Assembly: GCA_050944155.1 (NCBI GenBank)
Contig: JBMNQN010000004.1
Span: forward strand, 1-64,000
From: Candidatus Methanomethylophilaceae archaeon
Lineage (GTDB): Archaea > Thermoplasmatota > Thermoplasmata > Methanomassiliicoccales > Methanomethylophilaceae
Reading direction: 5' to 3'
Length of the DNA stretch: 64,000 nucleotides
Numbering within the stretch: the stretch's first letter is position 1; each line of letters opens with the position of its first letter. A program made the translations under genes and the position numbers. The notes below the pieces were generated by a model. The model was not told the DNA's origin. It saw only the letters and a program-made list of their open reading frames with translations, and ran no database searches. Shown here in pieces: positions 1 through 10,575 of this stretch.

Positions 1-1913
1 AGCCGGGTTCCAACGACATAGACGGCATGAGGGCGGAAGCCGGACGCAAAGTCACTCTCAGCACGGTGTTCCTCCCTACAGGTGCGAGACAGCAGGGCGT
101 TCCGTTCCTGAACTTCGAAGGGGACATTACCGTTGAAGGTGCAGATCTCAAAATCCGCGGAATGACTCTCGCCGACGGAAAGGCCGTAATCACCGTGCCC
201 GACGGAAAGGCCGTTAAGTTTAAGGGAACGGCACTCGAAGACCATGCCGTGGATATTCCCGAACTGACTTACGATCTGGATCCCGGAACGGACAACGTTT
301 CCAAAAACTGGTATCTAGGAAATAGCGATTCGGGAAAGCTCAAGAAACAGGATATCGCGGAATCTTCCGAAAAAGCCTGGCTGCTTACTTCGGAATCCAG
401 TAAGGTCCCCTCGTACACCTCCGAGGACGGAAAATTCAAGGATGTTACTCCTGGCAAATACTACCTGGTTCAGAAAAACGGAGACGTTTACACTTTCAGC
501 ATGATTCAGACCTTCGCCGGAAGCAATGCGGTACATACCCTGGAAGACACTAAAATCGAGAACATGAACAGGGTAACCATCGTTAGAGAAGACGAGAATT
601 CCGACGTTGAAGTCACTCCCGATCCGAGCAACGAAGACGCGGAAAGCCGGTTGCTCAAGTTCGACGGAGAATTCTACCTCATGGAAAGCGGCAAGAGCTA
701 CCTCATAACCGAAACTTTCGACAACAAGGTATCTTACGACAACATAGTGGCTTCCGCGGGCAAAACGGTTGATATGCCTGCCCTTGCCGAGAAGGTTGTT
801 CTTACGGGATACGTGGGAACGCCCGGCAAAGGAACCGCGGAAATCGGTTCGCCCGCTTCCCTCAAGGGACTCACCGCCGAAATAGAGGACGGAGTGTACG
901 AATTCACTCTTCCGAAAGATGTCGGAGACGTAACCTTTGTTGTGGACGTTGAGACGGACATAGGCGACAGTACATACTCGTATACGGGAACGGAAACCGT
1001 CGCTATAGCCGACGAAAACAAAACGTTCAATTTCGAAGTCGACGGAAACGGAACTCTCGTTCACGAAGACGACGCTGTGGTGCTGACAGCCGATTCCATG
1101 ACTCTTACCGCGGAGGGATTCACGTTCAACATCAACGTCGAACATCCCGAAGCGATGAAGAAGACATACGTGGTAAAAGCGGAAGGTCCGTGGAAACTTT
1201 CGAAGCCCACGACGATTCTGGTTGACGGACTTACCGGTACCCTTGCGGTTTCGGGAACAGTCGACGCTTCCAAAGTGGGCGACGGAAACAGGGACATGAA
1301 AGTCTCCATATCTGATCTGTCCGGAACTTCCGTCGCGTCCTGCAAAGTACCCGACGGATTCGTTGCCGCCGAATTGGACGTCAACGATGTATACATAAGC
1401 ATAGCCGGCCAGGAAGGCGCGAGTCCGGATGCGGCGAACAGCTACGAATACATGTACGCGGTGACTCTGAAGAACGACGCCAACTATATTATGAAGGCGA
1501 AACTGGCCGTCTCGGAAGTTTCCCCCGGCTGGGTATGGAAGGTTTCCGATTCGGACGGCATACTGCTGGGAGACGAAACCGCGGAAATTCCCGTTCCGGG
1601 TTACGACGTAACCACGGTTTACGTCAAACTCATGAAACAGGACGGCGCGGCAGAGGAGATTCCTTCACCCGCAATCGAGGTAACCGTAACTTCCGACAGC
1701 GGAACTCCCTCTGTTGTCGGCGATACTTCTTTGCGTCCGGAACCGAAGGAAGCAAATCTCGACTCTTCGGTTTCCGCTTCCGGAGACAACCTCTACGACA
1801 CCGGAAGCAAGGTGCAATCCACATTCTGGGTGTTGCTCACACTGACGATCCTGGTCATAGTGATGATTGTTTGGCTCGGTTCCAGAAGGGGGGTGTTCAC
1901 ACGCAAAAAGTAA
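1..1913 (+). CDS. C-terminal part of a large membrane-anchored surface protein (possibly the extended C-terminus of an AglB/STT3-like protein); 5' truncated
   Basis: Frame open from the window start; acidic, beta-rich sequence ending in a TM helix plus basic tail (FWVLLTLTILVIVMIVWLGSRRGVFTRKK). Confidence 0.6.
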   Translation, partial: PGSNDIDGMRAEAGRKVTLSTVFLPTGARQQGVPFLNFEGDITVEGADLKIRGMTLADGKAVITVPDGKAVKFKGTALEDHAVDIPELTYDLDPGTDNVSKNWYLGNSDSGKLKKQDIAESSEKAWLLTSESSKVPSYTSEDGKFKDVTPGKYYLVQKNGDVYTFSMIQTFAGSNAVHTLEDTKIENMNRVTIVREDENSDVEVTPDPSNEDAESRLLKFDGEFYLMESGKSYLITETFDNKVSYDNIVASAGKTVDMPALAEKVVLTGYVGTPGKGTAEIGSPASLKGLTAEIEDGVYEFTLPKDVGDVTFVVDVETDIGDSTYSYTGTETVAIADENKTFNFEVDGNGTLVHEDDAVVLTADSMTLTAEGFTFNINVEHPEAMKKTYVVKAEGPWKLSKPTTILVDGLTGTLAVSGTVDASKVGDGNRDMKVSISDLSGTSVASCKVPDGFVAAELDVNDVYISIAGQEGASPDAANSYEYMYAVTLKNDANYIMKAKLAVSEVSPGWVWKVSDSDGILLGDETAEIPVPGYDVTTVYVKLMKQDGAAEEIPSPAIEVTVTSDSGTPSVVGDTSLRPEPKEANLDSSVSASGDNLYDTGSKVQSTFWVLLTLTILVIVMIVWLGSRRGVFTRKK

Positions 1914-2701
1914 TTTCGGTAATAGGAGCACTGGCTCTTTTGTTCGCAGCAGGATTCTGCATCGCTGCGGACGATTCGGACGGAGAGTATTTCAACGTGG
2001 CTCCCGAGGAAGGTTTCATGGTGAAAACGGGAGATAAGCTGACCTACGAAGCCTCGTTCTTCCACGAAAGTAGCACGAGCGGCATAAAAGTCCGTTTCGA
2101 CGCGTATCTGCTGGATCCGTCGGGAGAGAAAGTAACCGGTAAGGTTTCTCCGTCCACGGGAACGTTCTATTACAACGAAACTAAAAGGCTGACGGTCACC
2201 GCCCCCGATTCCGCGGGAGATTACACCCTGGTCGTCGAGTATAACGGGACGGTTACCGTCGAAGGCGAAAAAGTCGACGTAAGCGGTTCCAACCGCGCCC
2301 TCGTTAAGGTGATGAACCCGGTGGTTCTTAAGGCCGAAATAACCAACAACGGCTCCGTGATGCTGGATTCTCTTACGGTGGAATTCGTGGTGGACGGACA
2401 GGTCATCGAAGGAAGCAAGAAGACCGTGAAGGATATCAAACCCGGCGAGACGAAATCCGTTACTTTCGACTGGGTCACCGATTCCCTTTCCCCCGGAAAG
2501 CATACTTTCATGGCGGTCAGCGAAACAGAGCTGATTAACGTGTCCGGACTCAACAGCGAGAACGTATTCTACATAGGACACAACGATTACAAAACGGCGA
2601 CCATAATCATGGCGCTGCTGTTGGTAGTGCTCGTGTTCGTTCTGATATACGTGTACCGCAAGCCCGTGAAGAACCTGGGAAAGCCCAAGGGAAGGCGTTA
2701 A
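1871..2701 (+). CDS. CARDB/Ig-like domain membrane-anchored protein
   Basis: Signal-like N-terminus (VISVIGALALLFAAG), CARDB-like segment (AEITNNG...IKPGETKSVTFDW), C-terminal TM. Start inferred at TTG 1871; upstream part of the listed ORF is overlap artefact. Confidence 0.7.
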   Translation: MARFQKGGVHTQKVISVIGALALLFAAGFCIAADDSDGEYFNVAPEEGFMVKTGDKLTYEASFFHESSTSGIKVRFDAYLLDPSGEKVTGKVSPSTGTFYYNETKRLTVTAPDSAGDYTLVVEYNGTVTVEGEKVDVSGSNRALVKVMNPVVLKAEITNNGSVMLDSLTVEFVVDGQVIEGSKKTVKDIKPGETKSVTFDWVTDSLSPGKHTFMAVSETELINVSGLNSENVFYIGHNDYKTATIIMALLLVVLVFVLIYVYRKPVKNLGKPKGRR

Positions 2702-2722
2702 ACACAATGCGGGGAAACCCGC

Positions 2723-3304
2723 TTATTTTTTCATCATAAGAGCCACGGCTATGTCGGATCTGGTGCGTTCCGTCACGCCTCTGGCTATGTCCTGTTTTCT
2801 CCTGAGGGGAACAACAGCGTCCGGCACGTCGAACATAAGCAGTCCGTCCGTAAGGATTTCCATTTTTTCGTAAAATTTCTCGGCTTTTCCGGTTTCCCCG
2901 GACATGAGTTCCTTGAGTACGATTCTTCTCAGTTCGCCTATCGAATCCGCAAGACCCAGTATCCAGTTTTCCGCAGGTATTTCAAGCTCTTTGAAAGAAG
3001 GAACTCTGTCATAATATACGATGCAGTAAAGTATCGCTGCTTCGGCGTATTCCGCCAGCGCGTCCGCGGCGGGTCCCGAACGAAGATGATGAGAAGATTC
3101 TCCCAGCATATCTTTCATCTCCGCCACCGCGGAATCCAAGGACTTCATTTCTTTTACCGGATTTTTTCCTTCATGGATTTCGTGAATTACGGTTTTGGAA
3201 TGTCTGGTCACGGTGCGGGACCGTTTCACCGCAAGCTCCCGTTTCTCTTCCGCTTCTTCGAAAATCTTCGCCGCATCCGCAAGGTTTCCGGCCAATCCTT
3301 CCAT
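2723..3304 (-). CDS. Archaeal translin/TRAX family protein
   Basis: EYAEA, GLADSIGELRR, LRRKQDIAR motifs. Confidence 0.85.
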   Translation of the reverse strand: MEGLAGNLADAAKIFEEAEEKRELAVKRSRTVTRHSKTVIHEIHEGKNPVKEMKSLDSAVAEMKDMLGESSHHLRSGPAADALAEYAEAAILYCIVYYDRVPSFKELEIPAENWILGLADSIGELRRIVLKELMSGETGKAEKFYEKMEILTDGLLMFDVPDAVVPLRRKQDIARGVTERTRSDIAVALMMKK

Positions 3305-3327
3305 GAAAGTCCGTATAATCGGTAAAC

Positions 3328-4104
3328 TTAAAGAGATTCGTAAAACAGCCCCTTAAGTCTGCAGTTCAAAAGTTTCTTTTCCGCCGCGTTTCCGTAGGGT
3401 CTGCGTTTCGGTTCGGTGAATGTCACGTTTCTGTAGCGGACGTCCGTAAGCGTCAGCCCTTCCGCGGGGGAGACGCCGAAAGAAAACGGTCCGCCGTTCA
3501 GGCATTCCCGTACGCTTTCTATCTCCGAATCCCCCCGTCCCACGGAGAATATCGCCGCGGTCATGCGGCGGACCTGGTTCCAGAGAAAAAATTTGGCTTC
3601 GAAATCTAAAAAGATTAAATCTCCGTCAGTACGCACGGATACGGAATCGATCGAAGCGACGGTGGATTTTCCGTCGTATTTACAGAATCCGGCAAAATCA
3701 TGTTCCCCCTCGAAAAGGGAAGCACACTCTTTTGCCCGTCCGATGTCTATTCCTTTCAGCGGCGCGACGTATCGGTAGGAACGGGAGTATGCGTATCTCA
3801 CGTTGAAATCGTCGGGGACGTAGGAGTACGAACGGTAGAACACCCCGTCGGAAACCGCGTTGAGAGCTCTCAGAAGCTTTTCCGGGTCTCCGAAAGAAGT
3901 TTCGAAACACGCTACGTTTCCCAGAGCGTTTACCCCTCCGTCGGTTCTGCTGGCCATTTTAAGATTATTTTCTTCGGAGAAGGTACCGCAGATCGTTTTC
4001 AGATTCGATTCTATTTCTCCTTCGACCGTACGCAGCCCCGGCTGTTTCTGGGAACCGGAGAATCCTTCGCCGAGATATGCGACTTTTACCGCTATTCTGT
4101 TCAT
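3328..4104 (-). CDS. truA: tRNA pseudouridine(38-40) synthase
   Basis: AYLG..FSGSQ.QP, SRTDGGV, GEHDF, FLWNQVRR. Confidence 0.93.
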   Translation of the reverse strand: MNRIAVKVAYLGEGFSGSQKQPGLRTVEGEIESNLKTICGTFSEENNLKMASRTDGGVNALGNVACFETSFGDPEKLLRALNAVSDGVFYRSYSYVPDDFNVRYAYSRSYRYVAPLKGIDIGRAKECASLFEGEHDFAGFCKYDGKSTVASIDSVSVRTDGDLIFLDFEAKFFLWNQVRRMTAAIFSVGRGDSEIESVRECLNGGPFSFGVSPAEGLTLTDVRYRNVTFTEPKRRPYGNAAEKKLLNCRLKGLFYESL

Positions 4105-5423
4105 TCGCCGCGTATCTCTTTCATGTGTTCGATTCTGCGGTTTATCAGTTCCCGGGTACCTATGTCGTGTCTTACAAAGACGGCGTCGGAAACCACGTGC
4201 TTAAGCGCGCATTCGCAGTTTTCGTTCGCTTTTTCTATCGTGCCGGCGATACCTACGACGCCCACGGACCTGGAAGTTCCGGTTACGATTTTTCCGTCTT
4301 TCATGTCAACGTTTGCGTAGAAAGCTCTCGAACCGCATTTTTCTACGGCCGCGGAATCGACGTCTATTGCGTGTCCGGATTCGGATTTCGTTCCGTATCC
4401 TCTCGGTACGACGTATTTGCACACTGTGGCCTTTTTTCCGAAACGGATATTTTTGGGAAGGGAACCGGAAGCCATTCCCGCGCAGATCTCTTCGAAACTG
4501 TCTTCCAGTATCGGCAGAACGTTCATCGCTTCCGGGTCTCCGAATCTTGCGTTGATTTCTATTATCTTCGGTCCCGTTTTCGTGAGCATGAACTGTCCGT
4601 ACATCGTGCCCCGGTAAGGGCATCCTTCCTTCTCCATTGCGGCGACGATGTCTTTCAGAATAGTCAGAGCGTCCAGTCTGTCTTTTTCGGTCAGGAACGG
4701 AAGAAGGTGGTCCGCGTCGGAATAGGAACCCATTCCTCCGGTGTTCGGGCCCGTGTCTCCTTCGTAAGCTCTTTTGTGATCCTGTACGAGGGGAAGCGAC
4801 GCTATGTTTTTCCCGTCGCAGAACACCATCTGGGTAAATTCTTCTCCGACGGCCTTTTCTTCGAGTATGACTCCCGCTCCGCCTATGTTGTTGTCAAAAA
4901 TTTCGTTGACGTAATCCATGGTCTCTTCGAAATTGCGGAGGTGTTCTCCCTGGACCTTTACACCCTTTCCGCCGGTAAGGCCGACGGGTTTCACGACTAT
5001 TTCGTGATCCACCGTTTTAAGGTACTTTTCCGCATCTTCCGCATTATCGAAGGAAGCATGACCCAGATTGCCCTTTATGCCGTAGCGGTCCAGAAGGTCT
5101 CTCATGAAAGCTTTGGACGTTTCTATTCTCGCCGCGGACTTCGTGGGGGAAGCGCAGGGGATTCCCGCTTTTTCCAAAACGTCCGTAACGCCCGCTTCCA
5201 AGGGAGCTTCGGGACCGACGAAAGCCAGTTCTATTTTGTTTTTCAGGGCGAATTCCAGAACCTTCTCGGTATCCCTTTCGTCGGCAAGACTGTATCCCGC
5301 GACTTTGGAAATAATGCCGGGATTGGCGTTCTTCATCAGTGCGTATATTTCGGATCCGGAACGTCCGAAAGCATCCACCGCCGCACATTCTCTTCCGCCG
5401 CCGCCTATCACGAGTACTCTCAT
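4101..5423 (-). CDS. purD: Phosphoribosylamine--glycine ligase
   Basis: GGGGRE, GPEAPL, QDHKR, GPNTGGMG, ARFGDPE. Confidence 0.97.
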   Translation of the reverse strand: MRVLVIGGGGRECAAVDAFGRSGSEIYALMKNANPGIISKVAGYSLADERDTEKVLEFALKNKIELAFVGPEAPLEAGVTDVLEKAGIPCASPTKSAARIETSKAFMRDLLDRYGIKGNLGHASFDNAEDAEKYLKTVDHEIVVKPVGLTGGKGVKVQGEHLRNFEETMDYVNEIFDNNIGGAGVILEEKAVGEEFTQMVFCDGKNIASLPLVQDHKRAYEGDTGPNTGGMGSYSDADHLLPFLTEKDRLDALTILKDIVAAMEKEGCPYRGTMYGQFMLTKTGPKIIEINARFGDPEAMNVLPILEDSFEEICAGMASGSLPKNIRFGKKATVCKYVVPRGYGTKSESGHAIDVDSAAVEKCGSRAFYANVDMKDGKIVTGTSRSVGVVGIAGTIEKANENCECALKHVVSDAVFVRHDIGTRELINRRIEHMKEIRGE

Positions 5424-5432
5424 TCCCGCACC

Positions 5433-6083
5433 TCAGAGTTTAAGCGCTTCCAGGATACCCTCGATGTCTTCATCGTTCCTGGTGCTGCAGGGATACATTT
5501 TCTTGAGACCGCCGGTAAGTTTGCTGTAGTCGTTCATAATAACGCTCGGGTCGACTCCCACGGCATCGGCGATGTCCATTTTGTTCAATATAGCCAGATC
5601 GGAATGCAGGAAAATCCTGTGGTGTTTTCTCACCATGTCGTCGCCCTCGGTGGTGGAGACGACAACGACTCTGTAATCCGTTCCCAGAGGAAAATCAGCC
5701 GGACATACGAGGTTCCCCACGTTTTCTATGAGAATAACGTCGTAATCGTCCAGATTTATCTGTTCCAGAGCTTTGGAAACCAGGTTTGCGTCGAGGTGGC
5801 ATTCGGTTCCCGTGTTGCAGTTGATTGCTTTGAGTCCGGATTTTTCCATTCTGCCGAAGTCGTCGTCTCCGGTTACGTCTCCGGCTATGGCGCAGACGCG
5901 GACGCCCTTCTGTCTGAGCTTTTCCGCGAGCTTGATTATCAGCGTCGTTTTTCCGGCACCGATGGAGCCCATGAAGTCCACGGATTTTATGCCGTGTTCT
6001 TTCAGAAGGCGGTAGTTTCTATGGGCGAGTTTGCTGTTTTCTTTCAGTACATCGTATTCCATGCCCACTTTTACTATATGCAT
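5433..6083 (-). CDS. hypB: Hydrogenase nickel incorporation GTPase
   Basis: GAGKTT, CHLDA, IENVGNLVCPADFPLG. Confidence 0.96.
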   Translation of the reverse strand: MHIVKVGMEYDVLKENSKLAHRNYRLLKEHGIKSVDFMGSIGAGKTTLIIKLAEKLRQKGVRVCAIAGDVTGDDDFGRMEKSGLKAINCNTGTECHLDANLVSKALEQINLDDYDVILIENVGNLVCPADFPLGTDYRVVVVSTTEGDDMVRKHHRIFLHSDLAILNKMDIADAVGVDPSVIMNDYSKLTGGLKKMYPCSTRNDEDIEGILEALKL

Positions 6084-6213
6084 AAAACCGCAATCGCATT
6101 GCGGATAATAACGTTGTTGGGTTTGCGGCAGAATCCTTTTCGGAATACGGTTGCGGAACGGTCTTTTCCGATACCGTTAATTAAACAAAAGTCCGATGAG
6201 GGGAACGTCCATC

Positions 6214-7506
6214 ATGAGCTATTCAGATACCGTTTCCAAACTTCTGGCTTCTTCCGGGGCGACCGAAGGATGCAGGCTGTCCGTCAAATCCAAAGGCCGC
6301 GCGTACACCGGGACGCTGATGCCCCATCATGCATTCAGCGCCGAAGACGCAATCGTCCTGAAACTGAGCAGCGGCTACAACATAGGGATTCTCCTGGACG
6401 GGAATTCGTCCGTGGAGGTTCTGGAAAAACCCTCCGCCGTAAGAAGGGAAACGGTAATTCCCGAACAAAAAAAGGGACTGAAAAAACTGGTTTTCATAGG
6501 TACCGGCGGAACGATAGCGTCTTACGTTGATTACAGGACCGGAGGCGTCAGACCGGCTCTTTCGGCTGCCGATCTCGTCAATGCCGTTCCCGAGATAACC
6601 GAAATAGCCAACGTCGGGACCAGAGCCCTGTTTTCCGTGTTTTCGGAGGACATGACCGTGGAACACTGGCAGACTCTTGCCGAAGCCGTGGCCGAGGAAC
6701 TCAACGGCGGAGCCGACGGAGTCATAATTCCCCACGGAACGGATACGATGGGTTACACCGCAGCAGCTCTGTCGTTCATGCTGAGCGGAGTTAACAAACC
6801 CGTTGTTCTCGTGGGAGCCCAGAGATCTTCCGACCGTCCGTCTTCCGATTCCGTCGGAAACATACTCGCATCCGCCAGATTCTGCGTGGACGGAAACCGT
6901 GCGGGCGTTTTCGTCGTGATGCACGACACAACGGGAGACGATTCTTTCGCCGTTCACAAAGGTACCAGAGTCAGAAAAATGCACACTTCCCGCAGGGATG
7001 CGTTCCGCAGCATCAACGCTCCCCCCGAGGCACACATCGACATAAACGGCAAAATCGCGTTCAACTGCGAAGGACGTCCCGTTTCCGGCGGAAAGACCGT
7101 TGCGAAAACGGACATGGAAAAGAACTGCGTTCTGCTGCAGTTCTTCCCCGGAATGAATCCCGAATCTTTCAGAGATATCATCATGAAAAGCAAAGGCGTC
7201 GTCATAGCAGGATCCGGTCTGGGTCATGTGAACGAAAACCTTATTCCGCTTCTCGGCGAGGCATGCGCAAACGGGACGGTAGTGGTTGCCGCATCCCAGT
7301 GTCTGGGCGGAACCACGAATCTTAACGTTTACGATACGGGAAGAGACATGCTTTCGGCAGGAATCGTAACCGTGGGAGATATGCTTCCGGAAACGGCCTA
7401 CGTCAAACTGATGTGGGCGCTCGCCAACACGGGATCCCGGGAAGAAGCGATTCAATGCATGAAAAAGCCGGTTGCGGAAGAGTCCGGAGACAGGAGGGAG
7501 TTCTGA
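6214..7506 (+). CDS. gatD: Glu-tRNA(Gln) amidotransferase subunit D
   Basis: KLSSGYNIG, TGGTIAS, HGTDTM, GAQRSSDRPSSD. Confidence 0.96.
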   Translation: MSYSDTVSKLLASSGATEGCRLSVKSKGRAYTGTLMPHHAFSAEDAIVLKLSSGYNIGILLDGNSSVEVLEKPSAVRRETVIPEQKKGLKKLVFIGTGGTIASYVDYRTGGVRPALSAADLVNAVPEITEIANVGTRALFSVFSEDMTVEHWQTLAEAVAEELNGGADGVIIPHGTDTMGYTAAALSFMLSGVNKPVVLVGAQRSSDRPSSDSVGNILASARFCVDGNRAGVFVVMHDTTGDDSFAVHKGTRVRKMHTSRRDAFRSINAPPEAHIDINGKIAFNCEGRPVSGGKTVAKTDMEKNCVLLQFFPGMNPESFRDIIMKSKGVVIAGSGLGHVNENLIPLLGEACANGTVVVAASQCLGGTTNLNVYDTGRDMLSAGIVTVGDMLPETAYVKLMWALANTGSREEAIQCMKKPVAEESGDRREF

Positions 7507-9368
7507 TGGAAGGGATGAAATGCGGTATAGAAATCCATCAGCAGCTGGATACCAGGAAACTTTTCTGCCAATGCGAAAGCGAACTCCGCGAAGAAGGTTT
7601 CGGGGCCCACTACCGCAGACTTAGGCCCACAACGAGCGAGATGGGCGAAATCGACCGCGCCGCGCTGGCACAGTACCGGAGAGGCCACGGATTCATCTAT
7701 CAGTGCTGCCCCGAAGCGTCCTGTCTTGTGGATTTGGATGAAGAGCCTCCCCACGAAATCAACGGAGAAGCGCTTGACATTTCTTTGACGTTCTCGTCCA
7801 TGCTCGGTGCGGACATAGTCGACGAAATCCACTACATGAGAAAAATAGTGGTCGACGGTTCCAACACCGGGGGTTTCCAGAGAACCGCCCTTATCTCGAC
7901 CGGAGGGGAAGTGGATGTAAACGGAAAGAAAATTTCCATCCTTTCGGTGTGTCTCGAAGAAGACGCGGCCCGTAAAATCGAAACCAAAGGCAAGGAAGTT
8001 ACGTACAGACTCGACCGTCTGGGTATTCCTCTCATCGAAGTTGCGACCGGCCCCGACATGACGACTCCGGAAGAAGTCATGGAAACCGCCATGCGCCTGG
8101 GTTCTCTGTTCAGAGCGACCAAAAAAGTCAAGCGCGGAATAGGAACCATACGGGAAGATCTCAACATATCGATACCCGAAGGGGCCCGTGTGGAAATCAA
8201 AGGCGTCCAGGAACTCAAAATGCTTCCCGATTTCGTAAGAAACGAAGTCAACAGGCAGAAAATGCTCGTCAGAGTCAGAGACATACTCAGAGAAAGAGGA
8301 ACGGTTCCCGCGGAGATTAAGACGGAAGACGTTACCGACATCTTCGCCGGAAGCAAATCCAAAGTTATTTCCGGAGCTCTGAAGAACAAAGGTTCGGTGC
8401 TCGCGGTAAGGCTTCCCGGATTCGCGGGCGTTATGAACGGAGACGGGGGCACTCTCAGACTGGGGTCGGAAATGGCCCAAAGGGCCAGAGTTCAGGGCGT
8501 AAAAGGAATATTCCATTCGGACGAGCTTCCGGATTACGGAATAGAACCGGAGTCCGTCGAGGCGCTGAAAGAACGTCTGGGTATGCTGTCAGAATACGAC
8601 GCCTTCGCCATATGCGCCGCGCCTGCGGCAACGGCGGAAAAAGCGCTTATCGCGGCGGTGATAAGAGCCAACGAGGCAATCACGGGCGTTCCCGAAGAGA
8701 CCAGGGATCCTCTTCCCGACGGAACCACGAGATATTCTCGTCCTCTGCCCGGAGCCGCGAGAATGTATCCGGAAACGGATGTTCCACCTTATCTCGTGAC
8801 GGAAGAAAAACTGAAGTCTATACGGGACTCCATGCCGGAATTCCCCGAAGAGAAGGAAAAGAGGCTGATTTCGTCTTACGGAATAAACGCCCAGCAGGCA
8901 CATCAGCTCATAAGGGAAAGCAACGACGATCTTTTCGAGAATCTTTCGGAAACTTACAGGGAACTTTCCGGAATCATTGCCGGAACGCTTACCAACACAT
9001 ATTCCGAACTGGAGCGCGAAGGAGTCCCCGTTCACAATATACCGGAAGAAACGGTATCCGAAATTTTCGGAATGCTGGCACATGAAAAATTCGCCAAAGA
9101 AGCTCTGCCGGCGGTAATCCGCGAAGTTTCCGGCGGAGTGTCTCCGCAGAAAGCCGTTTCCGATCTGGGACTCGAAGTGGTGGATGCGGACGAAGCTTCC
9201 GGAATCATAGCGGCAATCGTTAAAGAAAGAGAGGAATTCGTCCGCGAAAAGGGTATGAACGCGGTGGGTCCGCTAATGGGGCCGGTCATGGCCGCGCTCC
9301 GTGGAAAGATTGACGGAAAGAAGGCAAACGAACTTCTGGCACAGGAAATCTCCAAGCTCATAAAGTGA
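7506..9368 (+). CDS. gatE: Glu-tRNA(Gln) amidotransferase subunit E
   Basis: GIEIHQQL, DGSNTGGFQRT, LDRLGIPLIE, PGAARMYPETD; TGATG overlap with gatD. Confidence 0.96.
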   Translation: MEGMKCGIEIHQQLDTRKLFCQCESELREEGFGAHYRRLRPTTSEMGEIDRAALAQYRRGHGFIYQCCPEASCLVDLDEEPPHEINGEALDISLTFSSMLGADIVDEIHYMRKIVVDGSNTGGFQRTALISTGGEVDVNGKKISILSVCLEEDAARKIETKGKEVTYRLDRLGIPLIEVATGPDMTTPEEVMETAMRLGSLFRATKKVKRGIGTIREDLNISIPEGARVEIKGVQELKMLPDFVRNEVNRQKMLVRVRDILRERGTVPAEIKTEDVTDIFAGSKSKVISGALKNKGSVLAVRLPGFAGVMNGDGGTLRLGSEMAQRARVQGVKGIFHSDELPDYGIEPESVEALKERLGMLSEYDAFAICAAPAATAEKALIAAVIRANEAITGVPEETRDPLPDGTTRYSRPLPGAARMYPETDVPPYLVTEEKLKSIRDSMPEFPEEKEKRLISSYGINAQQAHQLIRESNDDLFENLSETYRELSGIIAGTLTNTYSELEREGVPVHNIPEETVSEIFGMLAHEKFAKEALPAVIREVSGGVSPQKAVSDLGLEVVDADEASGIIAAIVKEREEFVREKGMNAVGPLMGPVMAALRGKIDGKKANELLAQEISKLIK

Positions 9369-9924
9369 TTTCCAGAACCCTCAGTTTCTCGAAGAACAGG
9401 GGAAGTTCTCCCAGAGTTTTTACTTTGTAGTCTCTCAAAACTTCATTCAGTTTCTCCCGATCCGAGAGGGAGGAAACGACGACCACGACTCTCCACCCTT
9501 CGTTTCCGTGTTTTTTCATTCCTTCCAGCACACGGGGGAGAGGCCCCAATCCGTCAGGTCCGCCGGACCACGCTTCCGCCAATTCCACATCATCGTCGAC
9601 GGGAAGATACGGGAGGTTGAAAACCACGGTATCATACTTTCCTTCGACGGAACCGAACACGTCCGTCACAACGGTCCGAACTGCAATATTGTTCAGTTCC
9701 GCATTTTTTGCGGTGAGTTCGACTGCCGACGGGTTTATGTCTCCCGCCGTTACCTCCGCGCCGGCGGCGGCCATATGAAGGGACACCACTCCGGAACCGC
9801 ACCCCAGCTCGAGGACGTTCTCTCCCTGCCTGACGTTAAGACATTCGATAAGGAATATGCTGTCTTCCGACGGGGGGTAAACGTCGGGTCTTTCCAGAAT
9901 TCTTATGCCGGGGGCGAACTCCAT
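9358..9924 (-). CDS. HemK2/PrmC-like protein methyltransferase
   Basis: VYPPSEDS, LELGCGSG, FNLPY; start taken at ATG 9924. Confidence 0.88.
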   Translation of the reverse strand: MEFAPGIRILERPDVYPPSEDSIFLIECLNVRQGENVLELGCGSGVVSLHMAAAGAEVTAGDINPSAVELTAKNAELNNIAVRTVVTDVFGSVEGKYDTVVFNLPYLPVDDDVELAEAWSGGPDGLGPLPRVLEGMKKHGNEGWRVVVVVSSLSDREKLNEVLRDYKVKTLGELPLFFEKLRVLEITL

Positions 9925-10002
9925 CGTTTCCGTAAACGTATCGGTAAATAAAGAACCGAACGGAAGAAACTTCAGAAATACAGCCCTGACGATTACGTTA
10001 CC

Positions 10003-10575
10003 ATGATTCGGACGGACATTCTGGCGGTCGGGCAGATTTCCAGGAACAGGGACGGCAGCGTTATTTCGGCAGATTCCACAAGTACGCTGATACGTACAGG
10101 GAGCGGAACAATGGTTGTCGACACGGGAACGCGGAGATTCAGGCAGGAAATACTGGATTCTTTCGGAAAACTGAACCTGAGTCCGCAAGACGTGGATATG
10201 GTGTTTCTTACCCACACCCATTACGATCACACGGAAAATATGGATTTATATCCCGACGCGGAAGTGCTGTTCTTCGAAGGAGAAATCCCGATAGAGGGTG
10301 CGGAGAGAGTTTCCGAAGAGTTCAGTCCGTTCCCGGGAGTAATGATTGTACACACTCCGGGCCATACTCCCGGTTCTGCATCCGTATTCGTCGACGGAGC
10401 AAGAAAATACGCCGTCGCAGGAGACGCGATACCGACGGAAAGCAACTTCAGAAAGATGAAACCGCCCAGACTGAACTGCGATCCGGAGGCAGCATTACAA
10501 AGTATTATAAGGATAGGAGAATACGCGGACGTCGTCGTTCCGGGGCACGGTCCCCCCTTCGATACCCGCGTGTGA
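10003..10575 (+). CDS. MBL-fold metallo-hydrolase
   Basis: THTHYDH, HTPGHT, GDA, PGHG. Confidence 0.9.
   Translation: MIRTDILAVGQISRNRDGSVISADSTSTLIRTGSGTMVVDTGTRRFRQEILDSFGKLNLSPQDVDMVFLTHTHYDHTENMDLYPDAEVLFFEGEIPIEGAERVSEEFSPFPGVMIVHTPGHTPGSASVFVDGARKYAVAGDAIPTESNFRKMKPPRLNCDPEAALQSIIRIGEYADVVVPGHGPPFDTRV

Noticed and set aside
4077-6530. 817 aa plus-strand ORF
   Set aside because: Shadow of purD/hypB/gatD; F/V/R-rich with no motifs
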